The notes beneath the pieces are model-generated. The model did not search any database. It saw only the letters and a list, made by a program, of their open reading frames with translations, and had not been told where the DNA came from. From Azolla caroliniana (Eukaryota > Plantae > Polypodiophyta): a stretch of DNA of 64,000 bases. Positions 1 to 11,830 of this stretch are shown here, one piece after another. The stretch's first letter is position 1; every line of letters starts with the position of its first letter. The position numbers were made by a program, and so were the translations under genes. The DNA is taken from positions 22,134,001 through 22,198,000 of the forward strand of contig JBHGNT010000004.1 in the NCBI GenBank assembly GCA_043228905.1, in the 5' to 3' direction.

Positions 1-97
1 ATCCACCATTTACATTATTGTTCATAAGTGTATCTTCTCTCTCTCACACAGACACATAGACACATAGACACAGACACACAGACACACAGACACACAG

Positions 98-129
<32 letters not shown>

Positions 130-1538
130 GCACACATATCACATAATCTTCGGTTGCTTAACTACTCACATAATTAGTCATTAATTAACCCTAGTTAATT
201 ACCTAATTATTAACATGGTATCAAAGCGTGTGGTTTAGCACATCCACTAAGCCCATCCGACTCTTCGTGATTGTGTGTTTGAGACACCAACGACAAATCC
301 GGCTATCGGCTATCGTAGTGCCGCTATGTAGCACGTGTACGTGACCAAAGGAAGAAAAGAAAAAAAGGAAGACATTACAACAACATGAACACACAAATGG
401 GTAGCTTGCTCCCCAGTGAAAAGCTAGACCTTAGCAATTATTTATCTTGGGAGTACAACATGAACCAATACCTAGTCGGCCAAGGGTATTAGAGCTACAT
501 CAACGACGCACAAGAAAATCGACCCGACCCAAAGAATGCGGACTACTCAACATGGGAGCAAGCGACGAGTCGAGTCATGTCTTGCTTAGCAACATGTGTC
601 CACCACGATCACATGCTTAGCCACATTCGAGACGCCAAGACACCTAAAGAGTCGTGGGAGAACTTGAAGAAATTGTTCACTGCTAACACGACTGCCCGCA
701 ACCTTCAACTCCGACAAGAGTTGAACAACATCCGACAAAAAGACATGTCCGTGTTGAACTACACCGCCAAGATCAAGAGCATTTGCGACTTGCTTGGTTC
801 CATCAACATAAATGTCAACGAAGGCAAAGATAGTTCAAGTATGCTTGGGCGACCTCACACAACAATTTGACTTGTTAAGGACGACAATCTTTGCGAGGGA
901 AAACCCTTCAATCAATGCTATTGGTTGAAGAGAACCACGTCTGAAAAAAAAGCAAGATGTCAGAAGGACAAATGTTCTTCTCGAATTTGTATGGTGGTCG
1001 AGGAGGTTGCGGCGGTAGAAGAGGTCAATTTGACCTATCTCACAAAGGGAACTCAAACCTTCAACAACACGACGGAAGCCATCAATGAACCTTCAAAAGA
1101 ACGGGAGCTTCCATGCTGACCAAGGTTAACAAACAAGGCCCACTACTTGCAACTATTTTGGCAAAATCGGCCACCGCGAAAAGGAATGCCGAAAAAGAAG
1201 AAACGAGTCAGCTTCCACAAAGTTGACAACTCACAAACTACGCCACCAAGTCCGAATACAACGACTACGGTGGGCTATCTATAATGAGACATAGAGCGAA
1301 CTCTATGTCGGTCTCCGACTCCACAAGCACCTCCAACTCGGAAGACGTGTGATTCGTCGACTCCGGCGCCTCACATCATATGACGTTACACCAAGAGTGG
1401 TTTTGTGACTTAAGAACGCCGGATCAACCCGGCTTCATAAAGACGGGAGATGACACCACACATCCCATTCGGCACATCGGTAACGTTCCATTCGAAAACG
1501 ACAACAAAAAACAATTGCATAAAGAATGTCTTGCACGT
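1..1538 (+). mobile_element. Ty1/copia 5' fragment (LTR end, PBS, gag, protease), pseudogenised and truncated
   Basis: The LTR ends TAACA at 215 and is followed by a tRNA-iMet PBS TGGTATCAAAGC (216-227). Gag reads EKLDLSNYLSW...LQLRQELNNI, with a degenerate zinc knuckle near 1150-1190. Protease FVDSGASHHMT lies near 1350-1385. Stops and frameshifts are present. Confidence 0.88.
37..125. repeat. (CT)n/(CAGACA)n/(CA)n microsatellite inside an LTR
   Basis: Simple repeats read directly from the sequence. Confidence 0.9.
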
Positions 1539-2035
1539 TGTTGTAGTGTAGTCTGCACACTACGTGAAAAATGTAAAAATAATATATCCGATTTAAGTAC
1601 ATATATATAAATAAAAGAAAATATTAAAATATTTATTACATGCATAGGGCAGGATTCAAACCCTGTACCTCCATTTATAAGAAAAATATAAACCAATAAA
1701 AAAAATACTCGTGCACATCTAGCATGCATGAGCACTATATTTAGGAAATAAAAGCATAGTGGAAAAAGCACGTTAGGCAGATGAACACTTTAGAAAAAGA
1801 AGGACGCTATGCTTAGTCTCTCCCATCCTTATAAAAGGAGGAGGGAAAGATGTATATGGGGGTTGATTATTTTGTAAGGAAGGACCAATATAATATATTC
1901 GTGGGATTCACGAATTTGTCATCTAAATTGTCTCTTACTATCTAAATATTGATTAAATACACTAAACTCGTGGGATTCACGAGATTCATAACTTATCTCT
2001 CTTTCTACCTATTCATTACTAGCCTTATCTCAACA
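1539..2035 (+). mobile_element. Solo-LTR-like element (497 bp)
   Basis: TGTTG...CAACA termini and a TATAAAAGG box near 1830. It interrupts the copia frame at KNVLHV. No clean 5-bp TSD is visible. Confidence 0.65.
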
Positions 2036-2410
2036 CGTTCGCGTTCACAAGTGGAAGGATTGCGCATTCCACTTGTAGAATCTTCTTAAAACGAAGCAAA
2101 TACACCCTCTCTACAAAAATTGGATGCATTAGTATCACATGTTCCTCAACTTGATGAGAATTTGCAAATATTAAAATACATGATAGGTCTACGAGTGGAG
2201 ATCATTAGAAATCATGCAAGTTTGGACGTGTTGATAAGTTAATGTAGGCATAATAAAGTTCAACAATGGCTCAATATGTCACTATTGTGCGACAAGGGAA
2301 ACACTAACTTAAAGACTTATATTAATTAGGTAAGTTTTACAAAAATATGAGGTGTACTTGTATCCATACTAATAAAATGAGTTATAATTTATACTTTGAC
2401 CCATACATGC

Positions 2411-2686
2411 ATGTATATAATTGTGGACAATGTAGGATAGTGCACATTAGGATAATGTGATTGGAATAACTAACTTATTAAAGTATTCAATACTTGTATT
2501 TAAAGTTGATCTAATCTATTCCTCAGTTTGTTCATATGGGATCAAACCATATATATATAATTGTGGACAATGTAAGGCAGTGAACTTTAGGATAATGTCG
2601 TGGAAATAACAAACCTATTAAGGCTTTCATACCTGTATTTAAAATTGATCTACTCTATTGCTTAGGTGATTCACACAGGATCAAAC
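2411..2686. repeat. Diverged tandem duplication of about 140 bp
   Basis: Two copies begin TATATAATTGTGGACAATGTA and end GGATCAAAC (about 2411-2547 and 2551-2686). Confidence 0.85.
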
Positions 2687-3079
2687 TCCGAACGATAACG
2701 CAAGTAGAACCATTATCAACACACTACACAATCTAAGCAGCAATGGAATAGAAACATAATAGTTTTAACAATAGAAGACAAAGATCCATAATAACAACAT
2801 GGACAGTCATGACAACAATTGTAGGGCCATGTTATGTTAAGGTTAGCTTGGACCAAATTTAGCCTCAATTTAAACTAATTCATGTTGCTCCATAAATTTG
2901 GTAGTCAGTTATGCACGCGGTGCAACCAATGTCATAAATCTACTAACCAAGTATATAAAAATAAAATTGAAACATATAGAAGATTATAAAGAATAGAATC
3001 CACTAAGTAAAACCCAAAATTTGTATTAATAATGTGAAATGCAAACAAATCGTCAGTGTCATTTTCTTCATTGAGTCTA

Positions 3080-6000
3080 TTACATAGCAATCAATTCATC
3101 AATATCATTTTCTTCATCATCTTGTGTAGAACTCTCTTCGGCTATATGTGCATTGGCTTCCCATGTTAGCCGAGCCAACGAAATATCTTCTATAAGCTCA
3201 TCATCAAGCTCTATTAGCTCCCCCGGTTCGCCGGCTAACGGAGGAATAGGCTCTTGCGAGGCAGGTTGAAACCTTTCTGTATTAGCTAGGTTCTTTGCAC
3301 CGACCTCCTCATCTTGGTCTGGGCACTCCCACAAAGCCTTAATCCTCATATTTATAAATATACCCTGCTCCTCGTCCTTCTCCAATGCAACTGTATTTCT
3401 AAAGAGCTTCAATGCACATGCAGACGTCGTTCCTGTGAAGTAAGTAACAAGAAGAATTAGTTGTCAACCAAAAAAGATTTGGTATTGGTTATCTCAAGAT
3501 CGTTACCCTAGTTCGAGGAATACCTGTGCCAGAAAAGAGATCTAATATCCAGTCTCCTTCGATAGAAAACATCTCGATCAAGCGCATCATAAGTCGTTGA
3601 GGTTTTTGATATGGGTTGACAAGTCCCCGTTCTGTCGTGGTGACATGTCGCAATTTCCGTGTCACTACTGGATATACCAGTAGATTTGAACCCCCCACTT
3701 CATTAGAATGCTCCTTGATTCTTTGTTTCTTAATTTCATCAAAGTAGCCAACCGTGATGTATTCAATGGCATTAACGAACCGAAAAGTTGGCCCTCTATT
3801 TACATTGGTTTTTATCCTATAAAAAATAATACATCGAGTTAAGAATAGATTGAACAACGTTAAGAAATGCAATATAGTGAATGACACTATAAATAATCCT
3901 TACCATGCAAGGTTCTCGATGCCATGGCAACGAGATCTCAAAGCTTGAGCTACCGAGTACCCTTGGTCCATACTATGAAAGACAACTATTCGCCACAAGG
4001 ATGTAGTTGTTAGCTCAACGAAATCCTTGACCATCTTCTCCAATTGTTTAAGCCTAAATGGTTCATCATCGTATGATGACCCAGCCATTCAAAATCCATA
4101 AGGAATATCCGCAATCATTAGCGTATATTCCTTCTTTGGAACTTTTTGGATCAAGTCGACGACATCGCCGCAAACCACATTGTAGTAAAGATCTCTCGTA
4201 ATATCTTTTTTGTGGCTAAAATTTTTAAAGGAGCCATCTTCCTCCATTTTGTACGCCTTGACTAAGCAACGATCCTTTTCTTTTCTGGCTCGCTCGAGAT
4301 GTGCAAGGAAGGATGTAGGGAAATCGTGTATATCCTTAACTTCTCCTTGTTTCTTGCCACGACACGGTTTCTAATAGAAGCAATGGGACATCAGGTATTG
4401 TTATACAAGCTCTACATATGATGAAAGCGTAATGAAAAACCACCAATACTAACCCAATCCTTGAATGCAATAAAATACTTTGATAATGCCTTATATGAAG
4501 ACGTTAGAGGATAATCCTCGGTCACTTGTTCCCAAGTTATACATCCAAGTTGTTTCATCATAACTTCTTGGATCTTCATGTACACCTTATGACTGTAAAA
4601 TTAGAAATCAAGATTAGAACTTTGAATTACACCATATAGACTTCAATATCAGTATATGAAAGACTTCCTTATTGAACTCAGTGACCATTTCTTCAAGGCT
4701 TAAATCTTTCGCCACAACCCGTGACAAAACAGACACAAGAAGTTGCTCGTCCTTAATGCCTTGCATCGCTCTCCACAGAGACAACTTCATGTCGTCAGCC
4801 GCTTCTTCAATTGTCAAGTCAATTTTCTTGGCGGCTTGTGACTTTAACTCTAGTTGAGGGTCAACCTTACATTTCTTTTGTTGTTGACCCTTTACCTCCT
4901 TATTCTCCCACATTGAGAAGATTTGATCTTGTAGGTCCCATACTTCTCCATCTCAAAAGGCCAGTTGAAACCAAGACTCATATTTTCGAAGACCATCAGA
5001 CTTAACATTATCATCTACCACAATGCCGACTTCATGCAGACATTGACGTCGTAGACCTGGATGTAGCTTCACACCAAACTTTTGTTTCACGTCCAAATAC
5101 TCGTGGTGGAAGAACCGTATACGCTCAATCGACGACATTTTCTGCCTATAGTCATTATCATTATTATGGTCCCATGCCAACAGCTTAGCCTCTTCCGTTG
5201 TGAGCCCAACATAAATTTTGCACTCGGCATACTTGAAGAAGAAAGTCGTTGGATGTTCTCTCACAAGTTGCCGACGTGCCTCCGCTGAATGCGATCCACC
5301 AATGACAAAGTAATTATATTGATTATGCTTTCTAATATAAAAATCTTCAATGGTTTCACATTCTTCAGGATCTACAATAACAATAAAAGGCACCACAGTG
5401 GCATGAGGATTAATTTTCATTTTTTTCTTGAGATTTTGAACATGCATGCGGTGTGGCTCTCTAATCTCAAGTGCTCTTCGACCTGTTTTTTCATCAATAG
5501 GGGGCCGATGGATGTGTGTTATAGGCAAATTAAACACTTGCCCTTTCCTGACCAGTTTACGCTGCATTAACTCTCTTCTTATCTTATTCTGCTCGGATGA
5601 CAAAACACCCGATGCCAACTCAGCTCCTGGCGTCCCCTTAGTGTCCTCCTCTTCGTTTTCACTTGTTGAATCGGAGTCCGACATTTTGATTGTCTTCTTC
5701 TTTGGTGGTCTTGATTGTACTTTGGATACCCTTTTTGTGGCCTTCAATGGGGAGGGCACTTCATCTCTTAGAGTTACATGGCCTTGTATATAAGGCCTCA
5801 AGGTAACAATAAGGTTTTGTGAGCTTTCAAGATCTTTTTTGAACGCTTCTGGCCCACAAGATTCCTTTACTAGAAGATCTTCTTAAAGGAACACTTTACG
5901 TACCCCCTTGGAGCACTCTATCATTACCAGTATGTTGGCCGAATCTGCATCTTCGTAGTCAAATCGTAGAATATGACCATACATAAATGGGGTTTCCTTT

Positions 6001-7065
6001 CCAAGCTGCCCCTCCCCCTTCTTCTTTGCTATATACAATACGAGTTTTTTCTTTGAGTCGACGTATTGCATAAACCATTCCTTGTCTGTTAGATCACGGT
6101 CAGGAAGGTCTTCACCTCCAGTAGCTGCTACAAGTTTCTTTTGGCTAACGTCAATGTGTGGTTGAGATTTTGACTCCTCGTTGAAGAGAAGCTTTTTTCC
6201 TCTCTTCATGGACTCGGGAGCTACCTTGGTCTGTGCTTCTATTGGAGAACCCTGTATGCGAAGCTTTATTTTCTTCACGGGTCGGTTCGACAGGTTCTCA
6301 AACGACCTATTTAAGAAAGTACATGCAAAAACATAAGTTAGGTGGTCACGTAGATTAAGGTTGTATATTAAAATATAAATAAGTAGATGAAGAAAGGTTC
6401 TCACTAGCAGGCGATTAGTGGTGAACTACAAATATCAATCATGCATTTAGAGTACATGGTAGTCCTATATTCAAAAATCTATTCTAATAAGGGCTATTCA
6501 ACTTAGAAAATATATATCGTAATAAGTATATAGGGTTATATATTCTCTTAAAGGGGAGGTATGACTTATATTGATTCCATAACTATATTGAGGATAATTT
6601 GCTATCGTAAAGGTAATTTGTGGGTTATTTTCTACTATCTTAAGCTATAGTAGGTCATAAAATACCTATAATTAAGGCCCATTTTTTAAAAAAAGTAAGG
6701 GAAGTCAACATAAAAAAGACTCATTTTGATAGACAATTTGATATCTTTTCCACACAATAATTAATTGTTGCCCCAAAAACACAATATTTCTCTTTCAAGG
6801 TCTTCTATTATACTTCATACTAAGTCAGTTGTGACTCCTTATAATGCTACATTTTCATCTATTATATACTCATTGTTAATATACATCTCCTTCTTCTTGA
6901 GTACTTCATTTTGTCTCTTATCCATCTTCTGTTTCTCTCCACTCCTCTTTCCTCTCACACATACACATAACACACATCTCTTCCGCTACACAAGAATCAC
7001 CACTGACTCTTTACAAAAATGTTGGGTTGGAAAACATACTTGGCAATTTTCTTTCCCTTGTTCAT
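3080..7065 (-). pseudogene. Six-exon ParB-like domain + beta-class N4-cytosine/N6-adenine DNA methyltransferase fusion gene, disrupted
   Basis: Exons are 7065-7040, 6306-~4668, 4592-4454, 4370-3904, 3816-3524 and 3432-3080. Four introns are phase-compatible GT-AG; the intron-2 donor is degenerate. ParB-like motifs: YFVIGGSHSAEARRQL and GLTTEEAKLLAWDHN...KMSSIERI. MTase motifs: VVCGDVVDLIQKV..YTLMIADIPYG (DIPY at 4109-4098) and PYQKPQRLMMRLIEMFSIEGDWILDLFSGTGTTSACALKLFRNTVALEKD. It carries three in-frame stops (5885-5883, 4955-4953, 4091-4089) and one frameshift near 4210. Confidence 0.85.
6790..7015 (+). mobile_element. Copia LTR fragment in intron 1 of the MTase gene
   Basis: Similar to the reverse complement of the LTR at 19511-19740; both end ...CTACACAAGAATCA...CTTTACA. 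Confidence 0.7.
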
Positions 7066-7353
7066 ATTGATGTCGGAGATATTTATTCGATCGGGGAGGC
7101 GAAAACTCGACGATTTTGGTTGTTGAGTGCTCTTGTGCTCCTGTGCTCTTCTTCTACTTGAACGTGATAATGAGAAATAGAAGATGAGTTCTCTTTATAT
7201 AATTTTTATTTTGTATTTTCAAATTTTAAAAAAAATATTTTTTTAATTATTTTTAAAAAAAATTAAAAAATATGTTTTTGGACATGGTGCTTATTATAGA
7301 ACCAAGCTTGTGCCTATTTTGGACATTGTTTGTGTTACTTAGCCTTGAGCAAA

Positions 7354-10300
7354 ATGTCTTCAAAGTCGAGTGAAAATTCTTTGTTGTCTATTGAGCGTGT
7401 TATATTATCTAATAACTCCTTATTCTCAATCGAGAAATATAGCCATTTTAATAATAAAAGGTGCCATGTTAAGACCAACAACGATCAAGAGCAAAGCTCG
7501 ACGTCAATTTTTTCGATAGAGCCATTAAACATAGGTAAAACAAGATATATTAAATTAGATACAACTCATGTCAAATCTAGTTTAGTGAATGCTACCGAAG
7601 ACTGTGTCAATAAGCCTCTAAATTTTCAAAGAGTTCCTTGACAAGTGAGTGTTAAATGATATAATTTTTTGTGTTCGGATCGAAAAATTTCAATTGACAT
7701 ATGCAAGGTATGTTGTGGGAGCCTTTTTCTATCAATATTTGGAAAGGCAAACTTGCAGGGGTTGCGACAAAAGTTTTTGTCTCTCAATGGCGACGAACAA
7801 GATACATTCTTGATTGCCAATATGCAACTTGTTAAGGACCATCTGGCAGTGTCATGTTCTCAACAGGTGGAATACTACCTTTCACTTACTACGGAGAGTT
7901 GTAGAGTTGCTTTTAAAATTTCTTATAGCATTTGGAACATGAGGCTACAGAGAATTCAACATCGATTACTGAAGGGGTGGTGGGTGTCTTTCAACAATAG
8001 AGAATCTTCATATAAGGGCCTAATTGGGCAACATGTTGTTAGATGGATGGAGATTTATTTCTCGAAGCAATGTGATGTTATGCCCACCATTAGAAGGTTA
8101 CATTTGTAAGATAACTTCACTTGTCGTGAGGTATACCAAGCCTATAAGGATGACATGTTATTGGAAAGTGTAGCTTATATACAATATAGGCATTTCAATC
8201 GTTTATGGAGATCGAAGTTTAACAATGTGGTCATACCCCGCAAGGTCCGGATGGGTATTTGTTCGATCTGCACGAGTTTAAAAAGCTTGGCAAAGAGTGG
8301 GATAATAGATGAAGAAATAACAAAATATAAGGCTTTATTGAGAGAGCATCGAGAAACCCAAGTGTTGGAAAGATCTAAAGCTATGCACCATCGTCAAAAA
8401 GCGCTTCAATCGTCAGAAAGATAGATGTGCTTGATTATAGATGGGATGGATCGGAAGAAAACTTGTTTGTCACATTTTCGAAGATTGCCTGAGGATATTG
8501 GAGATGAATGCCTAGTGCAGATGCACATAGTAGGATGTCTTTTGTATTGTCAAACAATAAGGCCTCAAATGTTCTTAACTTATCCAAATATCCACAACGA
8601 CCCTAATCTTACAGTTACAGTCTGTTGTCCGCTGGAATTGTAACCACTGTCCATAACGCATCGTAAATAGATTAGTATATTAGGGGTGTTAAAGTAATGT
8701 GTCTAACTATTCACGCAGGAAGCGTAACCGATAAGAAGCCCTGCGTATATAAAGGGTGAAAGAACATTGTAAACAACTAGCGTATTGTAAGAGCACCGTT
8801 TTAATATAGTTTTATGTTCTCTGATCTTGGTATTATGTCTATTGGTCTCTTGTTTTCGTTCCCGTTCTCTTTACACGATTGTGTTCTAGTAAACACAAGG
8901 TAAGTACACGTTGGATAACTACGCTCCTATGGAGGTTCGGTTGTAGCCATTCCCCCTTATGGCTTACAAATCACGCACTACGCATCCCTATTCCCTTGCA
9001 CCACGATCACCTTATAAGCTACCCCGAAGGACTGAGGGTGGACTGTGTTCCAAGTCATGCAAAGAGTTCTGCAGAATTGGCAAGGTTTACTCCCACCAGT
9101 ACTATACATGCAACTTGACAACACAGCGAGAGAAAACAAGAACTCAACTATGTTTGGTTACCTGAGCATGTTAGTAGACAAGGGTATTTTCCAAAATATT
9201 AAGGTCAACTTCTTGCTAGTTGGTCATACACATGATCACATAGATCAAATATTTAGTAGGTTCTCCAAGAAATTAGCGAGGCCCGATGCTTTCACACTTC
9301 CTGTGCGATCAAGGTTGATTGTCGAAGCTTATACCCCCAAGCCAGATGTGCAACATTTAGATGAAGTATATGATTTCAAGCGCTCTTGTTTGAATGGTGA
9401 TGGGACTGGATGTAGGGTTCTTGCTCCGCTTAATAATATAAGTTTTAACCACGTCTTCCTCATCCAAAAAGGTGTGGTCGGTCACAACCAGACCATGTTG
9501 TATGCCAAACAATACTCATCTAGTTCACAATGGGAGCCACAAGACGGATGTAGGCTCTTATTGCATTTCCCAGATGCAATAATCTATGGTGCTGAGCAAA
9601 TGCCCTATGACAACCATAAAAGATTGGTTGTTGGTAGTTCAATTGAAGAGAAAAAGATATATTGGATGCGGTGCCTTGAGGAAAAACAAAAAAAATATTG
9701 AGCAAATCAAAAAGTATGATGGTGATCAGGATGTGTATTGGTGGGATGTCTTCTTTAATCATCAACATACAATATTAGATACCCACTTTACAGGGTACTG
9801 GCCACTACAAAATCAATTTGAATGGGCGCTTGGTGGCCCATCAATGGCAAGCACGACTCCTTTACAACAACTAGATAATCTTGAATTGAATAATCTAGTT
9901 CGTCCATGACAAAGAGATATTTACGTAGGACCAAGATTATCACATGTTGCAGAGGCGAGGTGGCAAGGCAATCTACATGAGCTACAAGTTGGTATGTTGG
10001 TTGCAACATCAGTTGGGGGTGATAAGTTGGGCCATCCCTTTTGGATTGCCAAAATCATTGAAATTATTAAGGATGATGAAGGCAATCAAGTAAAGTCTAT
10101 TATGGTTCATTGGTATCATACCTCTTCCAAATATGCATTTACTGGGAAGTACTCTTTAGAGATGGTTAAGGATGTTGAAGGCACAAGCAGAAAGCGAAGA
10201 AGAAAGAATTTACCAAGCACATCTAGTCTAGCACTTGATCATGTCGACATACTTGTGTATGACTTCTCCTTGACCAAAACAAGCCATCTAAGATAGACTA

Positions 10301-10527
10301 CAATCAAGATAATAAAAGAGAAGATCCCAGATGTGCCTGTTGACAAAACATAGAGACGAACAAGGACTATGTCTCATAATCACAGTGACGTTGGATTGCA
10401 ATTGGATGAAGACAATGCATCAGTTGCTAGTAATGATGAGGATGAGACCTCGCAAAGCTCTTCTAGTTCATCGGGTGGGTCTGAAGGGGAAGGCGTATCT
10501 CTGGGAAGTCATGGATCTCATATATGA
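7354..10527 (+). pseudogene. RNase H-fold DDD transposase, Sola-like/DUF7869-like, with a C-terminal SH3/BAH-like segment; disrupted
   Basis: ORF pieces at 7330, 7669, 8155 and 8425 share one frame, separated by point stops. Motifs: HL.DNFT.REVYQAY, GICSIC, CLIIDGMD, LYMQLDNTARENKN and FLLVGHTHDHIDQIFSRFS. Removing the insertion plus one TSD copy (8623-9056) restores TVTV-MQRVL. One frameshift lies in the A-run near 9690. Confidence 0.75.
8623..9052 (+). mobile_element. Solo-LTR-like insertion (430 bp) in the transposase
   Basis: TG...CA termini, an AGTC duplication at 8619-8622 and 9053-9056, and an internal TATATAAAGG box. Confidence 0.8.
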
Positions 10528-10819
10528 AATGTAAATATTGTATGTTACATCAATATGGTGATTCACAAATATGTATAAATATACATGTTAGTCATTTTGT
10601 AATTTTTGTATGTTCTTCTGTAAATTTCACGTGTCGATTATTAGGGGCATCTTTTGAAAGTCCTAAATTTTTGGACATGGTATAAATCAATATATTTTGA
10701 TTCAATTTCCAAAACCCTTTACGCATGCGATGGTCCTTTTTGTGAAATGACCTACTTTGTGCCTTTTTTGGACGGACTATTCTTAAATTGCGACATATTA
10801 CCTGTTCTAAATGAATCGG

Positions 10820-11360
10820 TGTTATCATGGCATGGGACAAATGTGGACGCTCACGCTTCACGCATTATACTACACATGTTGCACCTAACTACAAAACCAT
10901 ATTCTTTGCGGAACGGGGGAACCGTACACATCGATACATGTTAGAGCCTATCCCATTATCTACCATTCGAACCATTGCTTCCATGCGACTTAGCTCAAAT
11001 GCATTGCGATGTGAGATAGGGTGTTGGGGCACAAGTGATGAGAGTGGTCGGTTATGCACTTTGCCCTAAACAAGTTCGCAAGTCTAAGTATCACACTTTC
11101 AAGATACAATGCTCTACCTTTGATCATATTCGACCATGCTTTCCACATCTCTTCGACTAAACCCAATCCTTGCACAAATTTCTCTCACAACCACAATGTG
11201 CACTCTCGATTACAACATTCATTGGTAAAGTTCTTGAACATCGAGAGTCATTACTCACTTTCAAACGTATCACGTGAAATGTAATATTTTTTGTCTCATA
11301 GGTCATATTTGACCTCTAAAGACGATAATATAATCTATCTCTTTCTCTCTCTCTCTCTAG
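10820..11360 (+). mobile_element. 5'-truncated LINE 3' end, RTE-X-like
   Basis: C-terminal motif RLSSNALRCEIGCW...RLC..., followed by a 3' UTR and a (CT)n tail. Confidence 0.65.
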
Positions 11361-11379
11361 TATAGCACTAGGGTAAGTT

Positions 11380-11830
11380 GGCTTTTTGCAAACGGCCTAG
11401 ACATTAGTAACCTTCCTCCTCTTAGGTACAACCATGAGACCACTTGAGGTTGAGAATGGTCGTGCTAAGGGAGTCCCCAAAGAGGAAAGGATATGTAGAT
11501 TATTTTACATAGACATAGAGGATGAGTTTCGCTTTACATGCAAGTGTCCAACTTGTTGAATACAGTCATATAATGGATGTCTCCAACACAACTTACGTAG
11601 AGATAAGGGAAAAATACCAAGACATAGTAGGGCCCTCTTCCACCCTCTCCAAACTATTAGATACCCAAGATATAAAGAAACTAGCTAGATATATCTTAGA
11701 ACTAAAACATCATTAAGTTTATATATCTTAAGGCCTCAAAGTCACTCATTGTGTAGAAGCAATTAAGAAGATAAGGGAACGTGAGTTACATTGCCTAGAA
11801 GCTATGGTCGGGGTACCTTTTGCATTGGGA
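11380..11830 (+). mobile_element. Deleted copy of the RTE-X-like LINE 3' fragment found at 12470-13270
   Basis: Shares blocks with 12470-13270, including GGAGTCCC.AGAGGAAAGGATATGTAGATTAT and AAGAAGATAAGGGAAC.TGAGTTACA. Confidence 0.65.

Noticed and set aside
3080-7065. Bacterial contamination as the source of the MTase
   Set aside because: The gene has spliceosomal introns, contains a plant copia LTR fragment and is contiguous with plant TEs.
2036-10855. Possible TIR pair CGTTCGCGTTCAC / GTGGACGCTCACG for the MTase transposon
   Set aside because: Only 10 of 13 bases match, no TSD is present, and the right-hand copy lies within LINE-derived coding sequence.
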